Below are positions 58,751 through 64,000 of a stretch of 64,000 nucleotides of DNA, one piece after another. The notes under the pieces were generated by a model. It was not told where the DNA came from. It ran no database searches and was given only the letters and a program-made list of their open reading frames with translations. Made by a program: the position numbers and the translations under genes. This DNA is from Octopus vulgaris (lineage: Eukaryota). Where the stretch lies: assembly GCA_951406725.2 (NCBI GenBank), contig OX597836.1:25854001-25918000 (forward strand). The letters are read 5' to 3'. How positions within the stretch are numbered: the stretch's first letter is position 1; every line of letters begins with the position of its first letter.

Positions 58751-60445
58751 TCCGATCCCACCTCCTCCTACCAACAGCGAGTGTCCTCCACCATCCACGA
58801 CCTCATCTCCTCCTCCGCTCTCCCCCTCACCGCCACCAACCTCATCGTACGCACACCCCGCACCTCCACCATCTACTTCCTTCCCAAGATCCATAAACCC
58901 TCTAACCCTGGCCGTCCCATAGTCTCTGCCTGTAATTGCCCCACTGAACTCATCTCCCTATACCTCGACCGCATCCTGTCCCCCTTAGTCGCAGCCCTCC
59001 CATCCCACATACACGACACCAACCACGCCCTCCGTCTCTTCAATTCCTTTTCCTTCCCTTCCAGCCCCTCACACCTCCTCTTCACCTTAGATGTAAAATC
59101 CCTGTACACAGTGATTCCCCACAATGACGGTCTCCTAGCCCTCCAACACTTCCTCGACCGTCGTCCCGACCCCACCCCCAGCACCCCCACCCTTCTCCGT
59201 TTGGCTGAGCTCGTCCTCACCCTCAATTGCTTCACGTTCGCCGGGGAAACGTACCAACAGTTGTCCGGGGTCGCGATGGGAACTAGGATGGGCCCCAATT
59301 TCGCCAATCTCTTTCTTGGCTACATTGAGGCCCAAGTGTTCTCCCAGTTCTCTGGGCCGATCCCCGAACTATACGGTCGCTATATCGACGACTGCGTAGG
59401 TGCCACCTCCCTTTCCCGTGAACTTCTCGGCCAATTCATCTCTTTCCTTTCCAACTTTCACCCCTCTCTTCAATTCACCTCCACCATCTCCAACACCTCT
59501 GTCAACTTCCTTGACATCTCTCTCCGCATCGATCACCCCTCCAGCTCTCTCACCACCACCGCCTTCTTTAAACCTACGGATTCCCACCTCTATCTCAACT
59601 TCTCTTCCTCCCACCCCTTCCACACCAAACGAGCCATCCCCTACTCCCAGTTCCTCCGCCTCCGACGTTTGTGCAGCCGCGACCAGGATTTCGAGACCCA
59701 ATCTCAATACCTGGCCCGCATGTTCAGACTCCGAGGTTACCCACCCACACTCCTCTCTGATGCCCTCACCCGCGCCCGTCGCATCGACCGCACTACCGCC
59801 TTGTCTCCTTCCCCCCGCCCACCCCCCAACCGCACCCCCTTCCCCCTCCTTTTCCACCCCTCTACCTTACCCCTTCGTCGCAAGATACTACGTGCCTTCC
59901 GTCGCCTCCAGCTTGATCCCACCACCCGCCCCATTTTCCCTAACCCACCCCTGTCCTCTTTCAAACGAGCCCGCAATCTGCGTGACCTCCTGGTCCACAG
60001 CACCCTCTCTCCTTCCCCCTCAGCCCCACACGGATCATTCCCTTGCTCTAGATCCCGCTGCAACACTTGCCCCTTCATCACCAACACCACCGCTGTCACC
60101 GGCTCCAACCTGCATACTGTACGCATTAGGCACTCTTTTACGTGCACCTCGTCTGGCCTTATTTACTGCATTAAATGCAACCTATGCGGGATGCTGTATG
60201 TAGGTCAGACGGGACGCCGGTTGTCCGACCGTTTCACTGAACACTTGAGGGACGTTCGCCTACACTCTTTTTCTCCCGTCGCACGCCACTTCCGCTCGGC
60301 CGGCCATTCCCGAGATGACATCTCAGTGTTTGGTCTCGCCCCCCACAATGGTCGCCCACTTTCCAGGCTCCACTTGGAGCAACGCTACATCTTCACCCTA
60401 CAAACTACCACCCCACACGGACTTAACACAGCCCCCTCCTCTTGA
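58751..60445 (+). CDS. Penelope-like element (Neptune-like) RT + GIY-YIG endonuclease, 5'-truncated
   Basis: The frame is open from the (TA)n junction (SDPTSSYQQRV..., PLE N-terminal DPT motif). RT motifs: YFLPKIHK, GRPIVS, LDVKSLYT, QLSGVAMGTRMGP, YGRYIDD, FLD, KPTDS. Cys linker PCSRSRCNTC, then GIY-YIG: LIYCIKCNLCGMLYVGQTGR..RFTEH..VARHF..EQRYI..GLN. No true start codon. Confidence 0.96.
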   Translation, partial: SDPTSSYQQRVSSTIHDLISSSALPLTATNLIVRTPRTSTIYFLPKIHKPSNPGRPIVSACNCPTELISLYLDRILSPLVAALPSHIHDTNHALRLFNSFSFPSSPSHLLFTLDVKSLYTVIPHNDGLLALQHFLDRRPDPTPSTPTLLRLAELVLTLNCFTFAGETYQQLSGVAMGTRMGPNFANLFLGYIEAQVFSQFSGPIPELYGRYIDDCVGATSLSRELLGQFISFLSNFHPSLQFTSTISNTSVNFLDISLRIDHPSSSLTTTAFFKPTDSHLYLNFSSSHPFHTKRAIPYSQFLRLRRLCSRDQDFETQSQYLARMFRLRGYPPTLLSDALTRARRIDRTTALSPSPRPPPNRTPFPLLFHPSTLPLRRKILRAFRRLQLDPTTRPIFPNPPLSSFKRARNLRDLLVHSTLSPSPSAPHGSFPCSRSRCNTCPFITNTTAVTGSNLHTVRIRHSFTCTSSGLIYCIKCNLCGMLYVGQTGRRLSDRFTEHLRDVRLHSFSPVARHFRSAGHSRDDISVFGLAPHNGRPLSRLHLEQRYIFTLQTTTPHGLNTAPSS

Positions 60446-63315
60446 GACCGTTTTTTTTTTTTTTTTGGACACACCACCCACACACACCCACCCACCTACC
60501 TCCCACCCACCTACCTCCCACACGCCTGTTCACACACACACATACGTAGACCCATCTACGTAAATACATTCACACATTTAATCACACACACTTACAGACA
60601 CACATGCACATACACACACACATACATACATACACACACGCATACATACTTACACACACACACACACACAGACATACATACACACATACACACACACATA
60701 CATACGCACATACATACACACACACTCACACACACACACCGCACGTACATACTTCACACACACATGCACACATACATGTAGGCACATACATACATACATA
60801 CATACCCACACATGCACACCCGTACACTGAATGCACACACACATACACCTTTTTGCATCCAGGCAGCCCCCCCTCTTTTCTGCTTTCCGGTTTTGGCTGA
60901 TGGATCCTCGGTTCCCGCGTAGCGGGGCGTTCGAGGGCCTTTGCGCTCGCGCGCCTTGGCGCGTGCTGGGGGCTCGGTCGGCCCCTTTGGGCTTGCGTTG
61001 CACTGCTTGTGCGCTGTGTGCGTGAGCGCGCTTCGTGTGTGTGGGCTTGCTTCGGATGTGCGCTTGCGTATGTTTGCATACATACCCACACACTCGCATG
61101 CATCCCTACCCACATACATACACGCACACCTACTCACACACACACATACACACACACACACACATACCCGCACACACACACACATACATACATACACACA
61201 CATACCCACTTCAGACATACACACACACAGACATACACCCATACACCCACACTCACACGCATACACACACACACATACACACGCACACGTACACATACAC
61301 ACACACACACACCTACATACATACATTACACTTGTATACACACACACTTACATTCATACACACACACACCTACACAGCCATACCCTCACTCAGACACACA
61401 CATCTACCTACACACACACACAAACACACACTGACACACACCCATACATACATACATCTACACACTCACGCCTACACACATACATACACACATACATAAA
61501 CACACACACATACACATACACACACATACGCACACACGCATATACTTATACACATGCACACACACACACATACATACATACACCCATATACATACACACA
61601 CACATACCTACATACTCCTATACGCACATACATACACACAGACATACACACATACACACTCACACAAACATACACACACACATACTTACACACACACTCA
61701 CCTGCACGCGCACACACATGCATGACAAACACTCATACACTCACACTCACATACGCACACACCAACATAAACACGCACACGCACACACACACACCTACAC
61801 TCCCACACACACATACACACGCACCTACATACACACACGCACGCATACACACGCATACACACATACATTACACACGTACACACACACACATACACACACA
61901 CACACAAACATGCACGGACACACCCAGACATACATACATACACCTATATACACACGCCCACACACCTACATACACACACATATACACACGCCCACACAGC
62001 TACATACACACACATACATACACACATACACGGACACACCCATACATACTTACATACATACACCTATACACACACGCCTACACACCTACACACACACATG
62101 CATACACACACACATGTACGCACATACACACACATATACGCACACACATATATACCCACACACATGCACACACACACACATACGCACATACATGCACGCA
62201 TGCACACGCGCACACCTACACGCATACACACACACACACGCACGTACACATACATACATACACACACGCATACATACACCCATGCACATACATGCATCCT
62301 ACACACACACATACACACTCACACATACATACACACACACGCACTCACTCACACACCTGTATGTTCGCGCACACACATGCACATACACACACTTCCCCAC
62401 ACCCACACGTACATACATACACACTCATACACATACACACACACACACACACACGGACATACATCTATGCACACACATATATACACACATACTCACATAC
62501 ATTCATCGGACACACTGCCACCCAGACATACACACAGACACACTCACACATCCACACACACACATACGTACGCGCACACTCGCAGGCGCGCGCACACACG
62601 CGCTTGCGCCGGTTCGCGCACGCATGCGCGCCGCATGCACCTCGCCCTTGGACCCGACGAGACCTCCCGCCCGTTCCTGGGATGTCGCTTGTCGTTGGGT
62701 TTTCCCACGCCCGTCTCCGCGGGACCACTCTTCCATCTTCCCCTCCGCTGGAGTCCTTTTCCTAACCCCCCCTTTTTTTTCGTTACACACACGCGCACAC
62801 ATATACACACATTGCTTAAACATATACATTACTCTTACACACATTCAATCTACTCGCCACTAATACTACCACGACACTGGACACACACACACACTACTAC
62901 TCAACACACGCTGGCACGCTACATACGCCCCCACCCCTTCCCCTCCCTCCCTTCCTCCTTCCTCCCTTTTCTTACTACTGACCTTTGTCTGCTATGCTGC
63001 TGCTATGCTGACCACCGTCTCGCCCTACCTCACACGCCTACACACAGACGCACACACTAACACATACATATATTTTTTGTTTTTTTACCTCGCCTCACAC
63101 ACACACATACACACACGCACACGCACACACTCACACATACACACACATCTGTTGCGTTACCAACCTTGTCTCCACTCTTTTGCCTTTAAAAACCCACTTT
63201 GCTCTTGTTATCGTAAACATCCGCCTTTCACCATGTGCTACTCCTAACACCAGTCGTTTTTTTCTCTATCTCCGTTGCCCGCTCCGGGATCTTTCTTTCC
63301 TCTCTCTTCCTTCTT

Positions 63316-63352
63316 TATGTTTCCGACGAAGAGCTCCGCTCGAAACGTCATA
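63316..63352 (+). ncRNA. Minimal type I hammerhead-ribozyme-like motif of the PLE 3' terminal repeat
   Basis: TATG-ttt-CCGACGA-A-GAGC-tcc-GCTC-GAAA-CG-TC-ATA: CUGANGA variant core, 4-bp helix II, GAAA, palindromic ACGT in place of helix III, GUC site. Minimal hammerheads are established features of PLE termini. Confidence 0.75.
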
Positions 63353-63696
63353 CCTCCCTGCTTCCATTTCCTGAGCGCCTATTAATAATAATACTGTAAT
63401 TGTTCCATTGTTGTTGTTTTTTTGTTTCCCGTTTGGATTAAAATTATATATATATATATGTATATTTATTTATTTATCTCTACACCCTGAAGTGGGATAC
63501 CGGATCCATTCGATGTTTATATGCTTCCGTTACTAGTTGCATATTTTCGTGAACAACATCTGTCAACATTATGAAGTAAATCCGAACCCCTAGAAACAGC
63601 TGTCGAATTTGTAATATCATACCTTTTTCCCTTTAATGTTTGTGTCTTTTTATTCTGTGTAAGTTTGTTTTGATTATATATATAGTCTTTTATCCT

Positions 63697-63905
63697 CTTA
63701 TTCTTTTATTTGTTTCAGTCATTTGACTGCAGACATGCCGGAGCACCGACTTTAGTCGAACAAATCGACCCCACGACTAATTTTTTGTAAGCGCAGTATT
63801 TATTCAATCGTTCTGTTTTGCCGAATCACTAAGTGACAGGGACGTAAATGTACACCTACATCAGTTGTCAAGCGATGGTGGGGAGACAAACACAGACACA
63901 CAAAT
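63697..63905 (-). mobile_element. SINE family A, 3' half
   Basis: GTTTCAGTCATTTGACTGC..TTGTCAAGCGATGGTGGGGAGACAAACACAGAC. Confidence 0.8.
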
Positions 63906-63930
63906 ACATACATACATACAAGCACACACA

Positions 63931-64000
<70 letters not shown>

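Larger units (their letters stand above)
58751..63444 (+). mobile_element. Penelope-like retroelement insertion: ORF, ~3 kb CA-rich 3' region, hammerhead-bearing terminus
   Basis: Bounded by (TA)n at 58682-58750 and ~63445-63460. The C/A strand bias is continuous from the ORF to the end, and a hammerhead-like motif lies ~100 nt before the 3' junction. Confidence 0.8.

Noticed and set aside
58873-60203. Overlapping and antisense ORFs within the PLE ORF
   Set aside because: Expected shadow ORFs from the strong C-rich codon bias.
60941-62863. 640-aa His/Thr-rich ORF
   Set aside because: It arises from the G-poor CA tract, which rarely forms stop codons. Not a plausible protein.

Overview
AT-rich, microsatellite-saturated animal non-coding DNA (intergenic or deep intronic). 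The SINE families and microsatellite load suggest a cephalopod, probably Octopus; this is an inference. No host exon could be supported, and nearly all ORF-track entries are translations of simple repeats. The only real long ORF (58751-60445, +) belongs to a young, 5'-truncated Penelope-like retroelement (PLE) with RT and a C-terminal GIY-YIG endonuclease (Neptune-like Cys linker). It has a ~3 kb CA-rich 3' region, ends in a minimal hammerhead-ribozyme-like motif, and sits in (TA)n. The window also holds R4/Dong-like LINE relics in (TAA)n, Tx1/L1-like and RTE-like LINE relics, a mariner fragment, a pogo/Tigger-like end, a probable solo LTR and about 25 tRNA-derived SINE copies in three families. 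The most notable pattern is a dispersed set of short non-coding, microsatellite-flanked inserts with hammerhead-like folds (often with a long helix II and a palindromic helix III). Three of them form 125-240 bp palindromes with the hammerhead motif at the apex. This suggests a PLE-mobilised, ribozyme-bearing non-autonomous retroelement system.
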